Shown: positions 32,801 through 42,930 of the stretch, in pieces
Position numbering within the stretch: position 1 is the stretch's first letter
Layout: each line of letters opens with the position of its first letter
Source: Candidatus Cloacimonadales bacterium
GTDB lineage: Bacteria; Cloacimonadota; Cloacimonadia; Cloacimonadales; DAONDQ01
Assembly (NCBI GenBank): GCA_963662275.1
Contig: OY759316.1
Span: 64,001-128,000, forward strand
Length of the DNA stretch: 64,000 nt
Direction of reading: 5' to 3'
Position numbers and translations under genes: made by a program
The notes under the pieces: generated by a model
Told to the model about the DNA's origin: nothing
The model's database searches: none
Seen by the model: only the letters and a program-made list of their open reading frames with translations

Positions 32801-35800
32801 GCTGCTGGTGCTACAGGAGCCGTTTCAGTAAGTGCAGAAATCACATTTGAATTCGCACTAGTACCATCTGCATTCACAGCACGCACACGATAATAATAAG
32901 TTGTGGCAGCAGTCAAACCACTAACGGCTTGAGTAAGACCACTTACTGTCAAATCAGAATAACCTGTTACATAAGAAGCAAATACATCGGAAGTGGAGAC
33001 GTCCAGACGATAGCTTGTTGCTGTCGCAGATGCATTCCAGTTGGCAGTGAAGCCTGATGTTGTAATAGAAGTACCAGCAGTTGCTACAGGAGCTGCGGGA
33101 GGAGTTGGTGTGACGGCACCGGAAGTAACTTCCACATCGTCGAAATACAAACTTCCACCACTGCGTACAGTCATATACCAACGGAGGTAGTAGCTACCTG
33201 TCAGATTCAAAGCGACAGTTTTCTGGGTATATGTACTGGTTACCGTTCCAGCATCTGTTGGAGTAGCTACAAATGTCGTGATATTTGACCAGCTAGCAGA
33301 ATCTGCAGTGGCTGCCTGAATTGTAATTGTATAGTTTGCACTTGCTGCGGAAGTTCGTCCCCAGAATGTCAGTTGAGTAGGATTGGTTAATAATGGAGTC
33401 CTCACCCAGCCATTGACTTTATTGGTACCGGCATAATTGGTTCCGGCATGTGCATTTGTTGAATTGCTTTGAATATATGCACCTGCAGCAGAGATTGCCC
33501 AACCTGTAGGAGGCGTAGTAGCACCTTCAAAGCCAGCGGTTAGGATGACTGTGCCGGAGCTACCTGTCGTAATCGCTGTAATTACATTAGAATCGAGACT
33601 TGTTCCAGCAGCATTTACTGCACGAGCACGATAATAATATGTCGTGGAAGCAGTTAATCCACTAACAGCCTGAGTAAGTCCACTTACTGTTAAATTTTGG
33701 TAACCTGTCACATAAGAAGCAAATACATCGGAAGTAGAAACATCCAAACGATAGCTTGTGGCAGTTGCAGAGGCATTCCAGTTGGCAGTGAAACCAGTCG
33801 TTGCAAGATCTGTAGCAGTAGTTGCAACTGGAGCTGCTGGAGCAACAGGAGCCGTTTCAGTAAGTGCAGAAATCACATTTGAATTCGCACTAGTACCATC
33901 TGCATTCACAGCACGCACACGATAATAATAAGTTGTGGCAGCAGTCAAACCACTAACGGCTTGAGTAAGACCACTTACTGTCAAATCAGAATAACCTGTT
34001 ACATAAGAAGCAAATACATCGGAAGTGGAGACGTCCAGACGATAGCTTGTTGCTGTCGCAGATGCATTCCAGTTGGCAGTGAAGCCTGATGTTGTAATAG
34101 AAGTACCAGCAGTTGCTACAGGAGCTGCGGGAGGAGTTGGTGTGACGGCACCGGAAGTAACTTCCACATCGTCGAAATACAAACTTCCACCACTGCGTAC
34201 AGTCATATACCAACGGAGGTAGTAGCTACCTGTCAGATTCAAAGCGACAGTTTTCTGGGTATATGTACTGGTTACCGTTCCAGCATCTGTTGGAGTAGCT
34301 ACAAATGTCGTGATATTTGACCAGCTAGCAGAATCTGCAGTGGCTGCCTGAATTGTAATTGTATAGTTTGCACTTGCTGCGGAAGTTCGTCCCCAGAATG
34401 TCAGTTGAGTAGGATTGGTTAATAATGGAGTCCTCACCCAGCCATTGACTTTATTGGTACCGGCATAATTGGTTCCGGCATGTGCATTTGTTGAATTGCT
34501 TTGAATATATGCACCTGCAGCAGAGATTGCCCAACCTGTAGGAGGCGTAGTAGCACCTTCAAAGCCAGCGGTTAAGATAACTGTGCCTGTTCCTGTACCT
34601 GTTGTCAGAGTTGTGATTGTGCTGGAACTGGTACCTCCGGTTTCATTATAGAAAGAGCGAACTCTGTAGTAATATGTGGTTCCAGCAGATAGTCCAGTCA
34701 GGGCAACACTGGTTCCAGTAACTTGCAGGGCATCATAACCAGTCACAAATGTTGAGAAGTCACTACTCGTAGATAAATCAAATTCATAGGTAGTGATTCC
34801 TGACGCTGCTGACCAATTGGCTGTAAAACCTGTATCTGAGATAGAGGTAGCGGCTGATGCAGTGACATTCGGTATATCATTATCCAGGATAGTTAAATTA
34901 TACGAATCGTATGCACCAGCAGTAGCGCTGGTTCCGCCACTTATACTGGCAAGTGAGAAAACGAGAGTTTCATCGCCTTCTAATACAGCATCATCGGTAA
35001 CAGTCACGGTGATTGTCTGATTTGCAGAGCTTCCTGCCGGGAAAGTTATCGTTTGAGTTGTATAACTATTTACATCAGAAGCAGTGCCATCAGTTAATTG
35101 AATCTGGGCAGTTGTCGCCGTTGTTGCACTTGGATTCAAGATACCGACGGTTAATGTTACCGTACCTGCATTTTCATTTACAGAAGCACTTGCAGGACTG
35201 AATTGAATTGTAGTATTGGCAGTGGAACCACCCCAGATGGATGTTACATATTCTGGATGATCAACAAATGGATTACGATTTCCTAGAAAAGAATAAATAC
35301 TTGCATTACGTGCCAATTCCTTGGCATCTACAGGGTCTGAACTATTCCAGGTAATCATTGTGGGAAGCATATCCACACTGCTGATGCTAAGACTCATGTT
35401 ATAGCGAACAGAAAAATAAAGCAGAGCACGGGCTAAATCACCTTTTTGCTGGTCTGCCGGTTCAAAGACGATTTTACCTGAAGCATTGGTTCCCTTTTTA
35501 CTGACATAACCGTTATAGGAAGGGAATGTATTGCTTACAGTAGTAACGACGTCGAAAGGATAGTTTCCGCGAGTTGAATTCACAGTTGAATTCGTGGGGA
35601 AAAGATGATGTATGTCAGCTTTTTTCTTTGAAGCATCTGTAGTACCAAACCAGCTCTGGGCAAATGTATGCTCTGTATTTGGATTAGATGCTCCATCATA
35701 ACTTGAGCTAATTGTGTAGTCCTGTCCTGTGTAAACACAACGCACCACACCGGCAACATTATCCGCAGTTTGGAACATATAGAGTTTTGCTCCATCATAA

Positions 35801-36969
35801 TTGGAGTATGTGTTGGTGGCAATCAGGTTATGAAGCCCAGTTTTCAGCGCATCTCCTGTGAGACCGGTAACGGGATCATAGTAACCGCTATAAGGGTCTG
35901 AAGCAGATGTAGTAACTGTAATTGTACCAGAATTTCCACTTGTTCCAGCAGTATTGTATGCACGTACACGATAATAGTAGTTTGTGCTGACAGCTAAGCC
36001 AGTAACAGCTTGATAAAGTCCTGTTACTGTCAAATTATTATAACCTGTTACAAAAGTGGTAAATGTATTGGAAGTAGAAACATCCAAACGATAGGATGTT
36101 GCGCCTGAAACAGTAGTCCAATTGGCAGTAAAGCCCGAAGAAGTGATGCTGGTTGCAGCAGTGGCAGTAGGAGCATCAGGAATAACGACACCGCTTGAAG
36201 TAACAGCTGTAATAATACTTGAATTACTACTCGTACCATATGTATTATTAGCACGTACACGATAATAGTAGGTTGTTGCAGCAGTTAAGCCACTCACAGC
36301 TTGAGTAAGACCGCTGACAGTCAAATCATTGTACCCGGTAACAAAGGTGCCAAATGTATTGGACGTAGATACGTCCAAACGATAGCTGGTAGCTCCAGAA
36401 GAAGCATCCCAATTCGCTGTAAAACCAGTTGATGTAAGTGACGTTGCACTCGTAGCATTCGGAGCATCTGGAGCTGTACCAGAAGCATAATCAGTGATAA
36501 TGATGTCATGAACATAGACCGCTGCACTTGGAGTAGATAAGCGAATTCTGGCTGCTGAAGTTGTGTTCAGATTATATGTGAAAGTTGTACCAGTAGTACC
36601 GATTGTAAATGTTGTCAAATCAGTCCAGGTGCTGCCAACGTATTGTTGAAGTTTTAAGGTTCTTCCGGCACCACCTGCGTGGATACGAAATTCTATCGTT
36701 CCGATGGATGCAAGTGAGGGTATTTCCAGAATTCCATTGGTTGCCTGCATTTGTACATAACCAACGGAACCAGTACCGTTTGCCGCACCAGTAGGTGCAA
36801 CAATGCAAGCCGTCATACTCACGGTACCAGCAGTAATTGTCTGTGTGTAGGCACCATAGGATGCGTGGGATGTCCACGTGGAAATATTCTCATTCACCAG
36901 GTTTGCTGCTGATAAAGCACCAATACTGAGTGTGAGAATCAGTGTTATGAATAACACAATATTTTTCAT
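29884..36969 (-). CDS. Giant secreted endonuclease I (2361 aa: 10 Fn3, EndoI, Calx-beta, 3 MAM/adhesin-like, 2 lamin-tail domains, non-FlgD C-terminal domain), paralogue C
   Basis: Start MKNIVLF after AAGGAG; 'NTEHTFAQSW', 'DIHHLFP', 'NRNPFVDHPEY'; LTD 'LFISEY.EG.SNNKA.E.YNPT' twice; ends 'KFFRVIALPTAK'. Confidence 0.88.
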   Translation of the reverse strand: MKNIVLFITLILTLSIGALSAANLVNENISTWTSHASYGAYTQTITAGTVSMTACIVAPTGAANGTGSVGYVQMQATNGILEIPSLASIGTIEFRIHAGGAGRTLKLQQYVGSTWTDLTTFTIGTTGTTFTYNLNTTSAARIRLSTPSAAVYVHDIIITDYASGTAPDAPNATSATSLTSTGFTANWDASSGATSYRLDVSTSNTFGTFVTGYNDLTVSGLTQAVSGLTAATTYYYRVRANNTYGTSSNSSIITAVTSSGVVIPDAPTATAATSITSSGFTANWTTVSGATSYRLDVSTSNTFTTFVTGYNNLTVTGLYQAVTGLAVSTNYYYRVRAYNTAGTSGNSGTITVTTSASDPYSGYYDPVTGLTGDALKTGLHNLIATNTYSNYDGAKLYMFQTADNVAGVVRCVYTGQDYTISSSYDGASNPNTEHTFAQSWFGTTDASKKKADIHHLFPTNSTVNSTRGNYPFDVVTTVSNTFPSYNGYVSKKGTNASGKIVFEPADQQKGDLARALLYFSVRYNMSLSISSVDMLPTMITWNSSDPVDAKELARNASIYSFLGNRNPFVDHPEYVTSIWGGSTANTTIQFSPASASVNENAGTVTLTVGILNPSATTATTAQIQLTDGTASDVNSYTTQTITFPAGSSANQTITVTVTDDAVLEGDETLVFSLASISGGTSATAGAYDSYNLTILDNDIPNVTASAATSISDTGFTANWSAASGITTYEFDLSTSSDFSTFVTGYDALQVTGTSVALTGLSAGTTYYYRVRSFYNETGGTSSSTITTLTTGTGTGTVILTAGFEGATTPPTGWAISAAGAYIQSNSTNAHAGTNYAGTNKVNGWVRTPLLTNPTQLTFWGRTSAASANYTITIQAATADSASWSNITTFVATPTDAGTVTSTYTQKTVALNLTGSYYLRWYMTVRSGGSLYFDDVEVTSGAVTPTPPAAPVATAGTSITTSGFTANWNASATATSYRLDVSTSDVFASYVTGYSDLTVSGLTQAVSGLTAATTYYYRVRAVNADGTSANSNVISALTETAPVAPAAPVATTATDLATTGFTANWNASATATSYRLDVSTSDVFASYVTGYQNLTVSGLTQAVSGLTASTTYYYRARAVNAAGTSLDSNVITAITTGSSGTVILTAGFEGATTPPTGWAISAAGAYIQSNSTNAHAGTNYAGTNKVNGWVRTPLLTNPTQLTFWGRTSAASANYTITIQAATADSASWSNITTFVATPTDAGTVTSTYTQKTVALNLTGSYYLRWYMTVRSGGSLYFDDVEVTSGAVTPTPPAAPVATAGTSITTSGFTANWNASATATSYRLDVSTSDVFASYVTGYSDLTVSGLTQAVSGLTAATTYYYRVRAVNADGTSANSNVISALTETAPVAPAAPVATTATDLATTGFTANWNASATATSYRLDVSTSDVFASYVTGYQNLTVSGLTQAVSGLTASTTYYYRVRAVNAAGTSLDSNVITAITTGSSGTVILTAGFEGATTPPTGWAISAAGAYIQSTSGNAHAGTNYAGTNKVNGWVRTPLLTNPTQLTFWGRTSAASANYTITIQATTADSASWSNITTYVATPTDAGTITSTYTQKTVALNLTGSYYLRWYMTVRSGGSLYFDDVEVTSGEVIPTPPAAPVATAGTSITTSGFTANWGTVTEATGYRLDVSTSDTFGTFVTGYNDLTVAGLTQAVTGLAENTNYYYRVRAVNAIGPSDNSNTITVLTNTTSTSDLFISEYLEGNSNNKAVELYNPTASSIDLTQYKVKLAPNGEGWNTTSISPTGTLAAGGVYVISHNQASSAILALANLTSGALTFNGNDAVGLFKGITPVLIDVVGFPDTVTATGWNVAGVTTATANHTLIRKLSITKGNTNWTTSAGTDSSSSEWIVYPIDTISGLGLHNVPTIPPTAPVAIAATDTLTTSFTAKWNAVATATSYRLDVSTVNTFLTLVTGYSDLTVAGLSQSVTGLSETTTYYYRVRAVDANGTSANSNTITVITGTTPVAPAAPVASAATSIGTTGFTANWAASATATSYRLDVSTSLTFASFVTGFNDLTVAGLTQAVSGLTAATTYYYRVRAVNTVGTSANSDTITVVTTAVITTPELFISEYIEGSSNNKAIEIYNPTSSTIDLTQYVVKEAFNGATWSTTVALTGTLAANDVIVISHSTANAAILAVADVSLITFNFNGNDAVGLFKKITPSDTLLIDVVGIPGLGAGVPGAGWNVAGVTTATKDHTLVRKSETIHGNLDWTASAGTTTVNSEWTVYDVDTFTYIGSHTGASTTLDKPEITITTDGIDVILTWNSIVGAISYRVEASNDPFNTELFLDVTTNGTFAEDAGVVTWKQTPVDNLKFFRVIALPTAK
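32005..34587 (-). repeat. Intragenic tandem duplication, 1032-bp (344-aa) unit, ~2.5 copies
   Basis: 'GTVILTAGFEGATTPPTGW' recurs every 1032 bp; identical out-of-frame ORFs 32954-33181 and 33986-34213. Confidence 0.95.
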
Positions 36970-37162
36970 ACAAATCTCCTTGTTCGATTTAATACTAAGC
37001 CTGATAAGCGTATGTTTTGTTGTATCTATTGACTCTTTGCCTTTCATTTCATTTCTTTTGCTGATTAATAAACAAAAACTTTGACCAAGTAAACATATAC
37101 AAAATATTCAGGTTAAAGTGGGTAAACGATTAAAATTATAGAAAGTCTGTCAATGGATATCC

Positions 37163-37198
37163 AAAAAAAATACAGAAATAAGGCTATTTCTGTATTTT
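37163..37198 (-). terminator. Hairpin/terminator after the 37280-39145 gene
   Basis: aaaatacagaaata-aggc-tatttctgtatttt with T-run on the minus strand. Confidence 0.6.
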
Positions 37199-37279
37199 GC
37201 ATCAGAGATTTGTCATTATTTGAAAAACAGGAAGTAAATCATCAATGCCAAAATCAAGTCAAATTGAAGAATTAGAAAG

Positions 37280-39145
37280 TTATTTCATTAAAACGACTTT
37301 CTGTGTAGAACTATACTTCCCGGCAATCATGTGATAGAAATAGACACCACTGCCAGCTTCCTTTCCAGTTTCATCTTTACCATTCCAAATAAGATTATGG
37401 CTCCCTTCATTCCAATTTTTGGAAGTGAGTGTTTGTATTTTACGCCCTTTGATATCATAAATAGCGATATTCACAAAACACGGAGTTTTCAAAGTAAATG
37501 AGATATTGGTTTCTGGATTGAATGGATTCGGGTAAGCTGGATTTAGCTTAGTAAACATAGGTATTACAGGTGGAATATTTGGATTATCCTGTTCATGAAC
37601 TTGTATCATTACTGGTCCAGTGAAAGAGCTTATACCACCGAAATCGATATTCTCCAGCCAGTAATAGTAAGTATGAGGCGCTTCAACGCTGGGATCAGAG
37701 AAAGTATATGTGTGTAGTGTTGATGTATTTGTTCCAGGGATAATACTAGAATTTACGTACATACCATCTGATATATTCGATCCATCAGTACGAAGAATAT
37801 TGAATCCCAGGTTGTTCGTCTCAGATTCAGTCGTCCATTGCAAGTTTACCAGTAATTGGGAAGTGGAAGATACTGCCGTGAAGGACGAAAGCTCAACGGG
37901 CAGTTCACTTGAGACATCATTTAATGTTCCCAAGGTATAGAAGCCATTATTAGTCACCGAAGTAAGAGGATTAACAGTGAAGGAAATCACTCTGCCAACG
38001 ATAGTGGGAGAACCTGTCACAATTGAATAATTGTCTTTTGTGTCATTTCTGAATAACAGACGGTAATCACTGCCACCAGGCGTGAATGAAGGCAGTCCCA
38101 AGTTATCAAGATTAAAGCTGAAAATGGTATTCAAAGATCCAGAAAATTCCATAAACCACTCTCGATGCAATCTAAGAAAGTGGGGATAACTTACTATGCT
38201 CGGATTGCTTGCAGCCGTTGTTCCTGTTCCTATATCATGTCCTGCACGAATTCTGGCAAAAGCACTGATGTAAGTACCTTTAATCGTTAAGCCATCGGTT
38301 GCTTGTGTTACTGAACCAGCACCTGGCAAAGAGATTTCAATCATATCAGTGTAATGCTCTGGGCTGGTTGTATTAGCTAACGTCAACGCATATTTAGTTG
38401 AAAGATAATTCTCAACCGTTTTGCGTTCGGTATCGGATAAATAGCGATTATAAATAATGAATTCCGTTACCCAGCCGTTGAAATGAGAGTGAGTGGTTGT
38501 ACCACCATAATACTTCCCAATCGCTGATCCAGTCCATTCTGCCAAATGAGCAAGCCTGCCGGAAGTAGCAGTATTCATATTTAATCCACGTAATCCACCG
38601 TTGATATATGTATCATTCCCGAGAGTATTGGAATGTCTGAGTGATACGATAATAGGTGCTTCTCCACTGACATAGTTATTCATTCTCATGTCATAGTCAT
38701 TTGTGTATTGAGCATGGGTGAACGTATTATTTGTACGCCAGCCAATATGCATATTCTTTTGCTGAATCGGGTTTGAACCGCCTAAAAAAAAGTTAAAGAT
38801 AGCATTTGAAGAACGTTTCACAACTGCAATGATAGTGTAATTGGTATTTACTACAAGATTGCCATCAAAGTTTAGATAGCTTGTTGAACCATTGAAAACA
38901 ACAGCAGGCTTACCACTGATGAGGTTTGTTTTATATATAGGTCTACACGACAAAGTATCTTGGAGAGCATGTTTGGCATTTCCACTTAGATCAGTCCAAC
39001 TGCTAACTGCTGTCCCATCTGCTAAACCTAGTGAATTAGCATCCAGCCACATTGTTAAACCGCTACTGACATTACCAGGTCCGACAGCAAATAATGCTGA
39101 GAGGTTGAAAGCAATCAGGATAAGTATTAGATTTTTTTTCTTCAA
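37280..39145 (-). CDS. Secreted LamG/ConA-like domain protein with FlgD/T9SS-type CTD
   Basis: 'LTMWLDA...VSSWTDLSGN', 'EFIIYNR.LS..ER..VENYL..KY', 'LPVELSSF', 'YPNPFNPET...KVVLMK'. Confidence 0.75.
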   Translation of the reverse strand: MKKKNLILILIAFNLSALFAVGPGNVSSGLTMWLDANSLGLADGTAVSSWTDLSGNAKHALQDTLSCRPIYKTNLISGKPAVVFNGSTSYLNFDGNLVVNTNYTIIAVVKRSSNAIFNFFLGGSNPIQQKNMHIGWRTNNTFTHAQYTNDYDMRMNNYVSGEAPIIVSLRHSNTLGNDTYINGGLRGLNMNTATSGRLAHLAEWTGSAIGKYYGGTTTHSHFNGWVTEFIIYNRYLSDTERKTVENYLSTKYALTLANTTSPEHYTDMIEISLPGAGSVTQATDGLTIKGTYISAFARIRAGHDIGTGTTAASNPSIVSYPHFLRLHREWFMEFSGSLNTIFSFNLDNLGLPSFTPGGSDYRLLFRNDTKDNYSIVTGSPTIVGRVISFTVNPLTSVTNNGFYTLGTLNDVSSELPVELSSFTAVSSTSQLLVNLQWTTESETNNLGFNILRTDGSNISDGMYVNSSIIPGTNTSTLHTYTFSDPSVEAPHTYYYWLENIDFGGISSFTGPVMIQVHEQDNPNIPPVIPMFTKLNPAYPNPFNPETNISFTLKTPCFVNIAIYDIKGRKIQTLTSKNWNEGSHNLIWNGKDETGKEAGSGVYFYHMIAGKYSSTQKVVLMK

Positions 39146-39414
39146 TATATCTGACTCCAGTATTAAACATTAATAATTTCATAGAGGAAAGTTAATTAAT
39201 TCACAGCTTTCGCTCATAAATGTTTTCCATATATCTTATTTAGATTCACGAACTTTTTTGGTTACATATATGTCAAGGACAAAGTACTATATTTACCTGT
39301 AAAACAAAAATACGGAACTGCATGACCCAATGTACAATACAAATAAGGTACTAATACCTATTATATTCAAAATTGTTATTATACACAAATCCCATTCTGC
39401 GAATTATCGACTCA

Positions 39415-42400
39415 TTATTTTGTCTCAGAAATTGCAATTACATGATAGAATTTCATCATTTCAGATAATGTAGTTGTCCAAGTAAAAGACCCTTCAGTTT
39501 CATTAAAAATGCCATCGGAACTGACGTCACTATATGTCCCATTCGGCATATCCGCCGCTTCCACTCGATATGTTACAGGAGTTTGGGGAATTGCATGCCA
39601 TGATAGCACAATAGAATCTGAATCTATCGTAATTTGCATTTCCGGTGTTTGTATATTTTGGTTTGAACCAATATGAGAGCCAAGATAGGTTGCTGTATCA
39701 ATAGGATAGACAACCCATTCAGAATTAGCTGTATTTGTACCTGCAGAAACAGACCAGTTAGTATCTCCAAAATTTATTGTAGAATGCCGTATGAGTGTAT
39801 GATCTTTTGTTGCAGCTAAGGTTCCAGCAACATTCCAGTCTGTTGATGGATCAGAACCCGGTACACCAATAACATCGATTAGTGCTCCGTTCTTCTCTAA
39901 TCCAACAGCATCATTACCATTATAGATAAGTGCAGAACTAGCTAGATTTGTTTTAGCAAGAATATCAGCATTTGCTGATGAATTGGAAATAACATAAGTT
40001 GAATTTGAAGCAAGAGTTCCACTTAAAGCTATTGATGAAGTATTCCAGGCACTTCCATTCATCGCTTGTTTGATTGAATATATCGATAGATCAATCGTCG
40101 ATGTTGTTGGATTATAAAGCTCTATTGCCTTGTTATTGCTGCTTCCTTCCAAATACTCAGATATGAACAGATCACTTGCACTCGAGAGTACAGGAGTCTG
40201 TACTATTATCACATTGGAATTGAGACTCGCACCAGCTACATTCACTGCACGAACACGATAATAGTAGGTTGTATTAGGTGTCAATCCCGTCACCGCTTGT
40301 GTAAGACTAGATACTGTCAAATCCTGGTATCCGGACAAATAGCTGTCAAATAGATTAGACAGCGAAACATCAAAACGATAGGAAAGAGCTGTTGATACAG
40401 AATTCCACTTAGCGGTAAAATTATAGCTGGATAGATCAGCATATACAATCGCAACCGGTGCCACCGGTAATGACAATGTTGTAGAAGTGATAACATTTGA
40501 ACTGGTTCCGCTTGTTTCATTGAAGAATGCATTGACTCGATAATAATAAGTCACACCAGGAGTTAATCCATTCAATACGAGACCTGTACTATCAACTTGC
40601 AAGGCTTCATAACCTGTTATATAGGTTGAAAAGTCATTACTTGCTGATAAATCGAATTCATAGACTGTTATTCCTGAAGCTGCTTGCCAGTTTGCAGTAA
40701 AGCCGGTTGTTGAGATATTTGTAGCTGTTAGTGCGGTCACTGTTGGAATATCGTTGTCAATAATGGTCAGGTTGTAAGAATTATTAGTACCAGCCATGGC
40801 ACTTGTGCCACCTGTGATACTGCTGAGAGTAAATACAAGCGTTTCATTTCCTTCAATGACAGCATCATCAGTCACATTCGCTGTGATTGTTCTACTAGCT
40901 GAACTACCAGCGGGAAATGTCACGGTTTGTGTTGTATAATTATTAACATCTGAGGCAAGACCATCTGTCAAAACAATTTGGGCACTTGTAGCAGCGGATG
41001 CACTTGGATTTTCGATAGTAACGGTTAATGTTACAGCACCCGTGTTTTCATTGACAGTAGAACTTGCAGGATTGAATTGAATAATTGTATTCGTGACTGT
41101 ACCTCCCCATATGGAGGATACATATTCCGGGTGATCTACAAATGGATTGCGATTATGCATAAAAGTATAAATACTTGCATTTCGATTTGTTTCTTTAGTA
41201 TCCGGCGGATCAAAGCTATTCCAGGCTATCATTGTAGGAAGCATATCTACACCACTTATACTTAGACTCATACTGTAACGAACAGAAAAATACAGGAGTG
41301 CCCTTGCAAGATCACCCTTATGCTGATCGGCTGGTTCAAAAACTGTCTGTCCACCTGCATTTCTACCCAATTTACTCACATATCCATTGTAGGAAGCAAA
41401 AGTATTCGTCACGGTTGTTACTACATCGAAAGGATAATTTCCTCTTGTGGAATTGACAGTGGCATCAGTGGGGAATAGATGATGAATATCGGCTTTCTTG
41501 ATACTTGCATCCGTGGTTCCAAACCAGCTTTGGGCAAAAGTATGTTCCGTGTTGGGATTGGTTGCACCATCATACGAGGAATTAATCGTAAAGTCCTGCC
41601 CTGTATAAACACAACGGACAGTACCACTAACATTATCGGCGGTCTGATACAGGTACAGTTTAGATCCGCTGTAATCATTATTTGTATTGCTATCAATCAG
41701 GTTGTGAAGTCCATCCTTTAGCGCCGTACCTGTTAATCCGGCAACTGGGTCATAATAACCACTATACGGATCCGAAGCAGAGGTTGTTACAGTAATTGTG
41801 CCTGAATTACTGCTTGTTCCACTTGTGTTCACGGCTCGGACTCGATAGTAATAATTTGTGGAAACACTCAGTCCGGAAACTGATTGGTTAGTGGAAGTCA
41901 CAGTCAGATCGTTGTAACCTGCTACATAACTAGAGAATGAGATATTGGGTGAAACATCGAGTCTGTAGGAATTCGCTCCTGAAACAGCACTCCAGTTAGC
42001 TACACAGCTTGTGCCTGTGATAGAGCTTGCAGCTAGTGCTGTGGGTGGGGAAGGCGGAGCACCTCCACTGGTCGTGAAATCGATTTCTGCACCATAAGCT
42101 GTATCAACACTGTTGGTTGCATAAGCCCTAACATGGTAAGTAGTTCCTAACGTTAGTCCGGTGATTTCACTTGTGAAAGAACCGGAACCTGATCCGTCAC
42201 TTGTATGACTGCCTGAAAGAATTGGTGTACCGGTTGTATTCCAGCAAACACCTCTTGCAGATACAGCAGCTCCTCCATCAGAAGTAATACTCCCTCCTGA
42301 GGAAGCCGAGATATTGGTAATAGCTGTAATGGCAACTGTCGAAAGAGTTGGGGGTGTAATAGCACCATCTGTCTGGGTAAGGAGGAAATTATCTAAATAA

Positions 42401-42897
42401 AATCGATTATTAGCAGCTACTTTTGCTGTTATCTTAATTTTTGAAGAAGCTGTTCCACCAGTAATATTCACTGTCATGGTCGTCAAGGTTGTCGGGACAG
42501 CAATATCGCTTCCCACCTGCGTAAATGTTGTACCCGTTGGTGCAAAAAGTACTTGGATATATTTACCGGTATCAGAAGCCCAACACATGGTATCAAATTG
42601 AAGTGTTGCAACTCCTGAATTGGCAGAGAGATTTACGGTCTTAGTTACTACATATCCTAAAGCGCTTGAAGAGCCTATCTTTGCTTCACCGACAGTCTCA
42701 ACATAGATCTTCGAACCTGTCCAACCTGTTGTTTGGAATTTGGCATCCATTGTTGTTTGAGATGTTGAAATATCTGTTCCTGCATTTGCAGGAGTAAACC
42801 CACTAAAATTTTCACTTAATACAGTTGTTATACCTACTAATTGAATGGATAATAGCAATAGGAATAACAAGCTTCCACATGTCTTCATTAGTTTCAT
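39415..42897 (-). CDS. Secreted endonuclease I (4 Fn3, EndoI, Calx-beta, lamin-tail domain, non-FlgD C-terminal domain), paralogue D
   Basis: Intact EndoI motifs at ~41110-41765; LTD 'LFISEYLEGSSNNKA'; ends 'KFYHVIAISETK'. Confidence 0.88.
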   Translation of the reverse strand: MKLMKTCGSLLFLLLLSIQLVGITTVLSENFSGFTPANAGTDISTSQTTMDAKFQTTGWTGSKIYVETVGEAKIGSSSALGYVVTKTVNLSANSGVATLQFDTMCWASDTGKYIQVLFAPTGTTFTQVGSDIAVPTTLTTMTVNITGGTASSKIKITAKVAANNRFYLDNFLLTQTDGAITPPTLSTVAITAITNISASSGGSITSDGGAAVSARGVCWNTTGTPILSGSHTSDGSGSGSFTSEITGLTLGTTYHVRAYATNSVDTAYGAEIDFTTSGGAPPSPPTALAASSITGTSCVANWSAVSGANSYRLDVSPNISFSSYVAGYNDLTVTSTNQSVSGLSVSTNYYYRVRAVNTSGTSSNSGTITVTTSASDPYSGYYDPVAGLTGTALKDGLHNLIDSNTNNDYSGSKLYLYQTADNVSGTVRCVYTGQDFTINSSYDGATNPNTEHTFAQSWFGTTDASIKKADIHHLFPTDATVNSTRGNYPFDVVTTVTNTFASYNGYVSKLGRNAGGQTVFEPADQHKGDLARALLYFSVRYSMSLSISGVDMLPTMIAWNSFDPPDTKETNRNASIYTFMHNRNPFVDHPEYVSSIWGGTVTNTIIQFNPASSTVNENTGAVTLTVTIENPSASAATSAQIVLTDGLASDVNNYTTQTVTFPAGSSASRTITANVTDDAVIEGNETLVFTLSSITGGTSAMAGTNNSYNLTIIDNDIPTVTALTATNISTTGFTANWQAASGITVYEFDLSASNDFSTYITGYEALQVDSTGLVLNGLTPGVTYYYRVNAFFNETSGTSSNVITSTTLSLPVAPVAIVYADLSSYNFTAKWNSVSTALSYRFDVSLSNLFDSYLSGYQDLTVSSLTQAVTGLTPNTTYYYRVRAVNVAGASLNSNVIIVQTPVLSSASDLFISEYLEGSSNNKAIELYNPTTSTIDLSIYSIKQAMNGSAWNTSSIALSGTLASNSTYVISNSSANADILAKTNLASSALIYNGNDAVGLEKNGALIDVIGVPGSDPSTDWNVAGTLAATKDHTLIRHSTINFGDTNWSVSAGTNTANSEWVVYPIDTATYLGSHIGSNQNIQTPEMQITIDSDSIVLSWHAIPQTPVTYRVEAADMPNGTYSDVSSDGIFNETEGSFTWTTTLSEMMKFYHVIAISETK

Positions 42898-42930
42898 TTT
42901 CTGCTCCTATATAACCGGATATTCCGGTTT

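Noticed and set aside
32005..34587. DGR template/variable repeat pair
   Set aside because: Differences are not adenine-specific, copies are in-frame and tandem, and no reverse transcriptase is present
36970..37047. Upstream extensions given by the ORF track (also 13385-13501, 20812-20889, 62463-62564)
   Set aside because: Downstream ATGs have better RBS, signal-peptide or homology support
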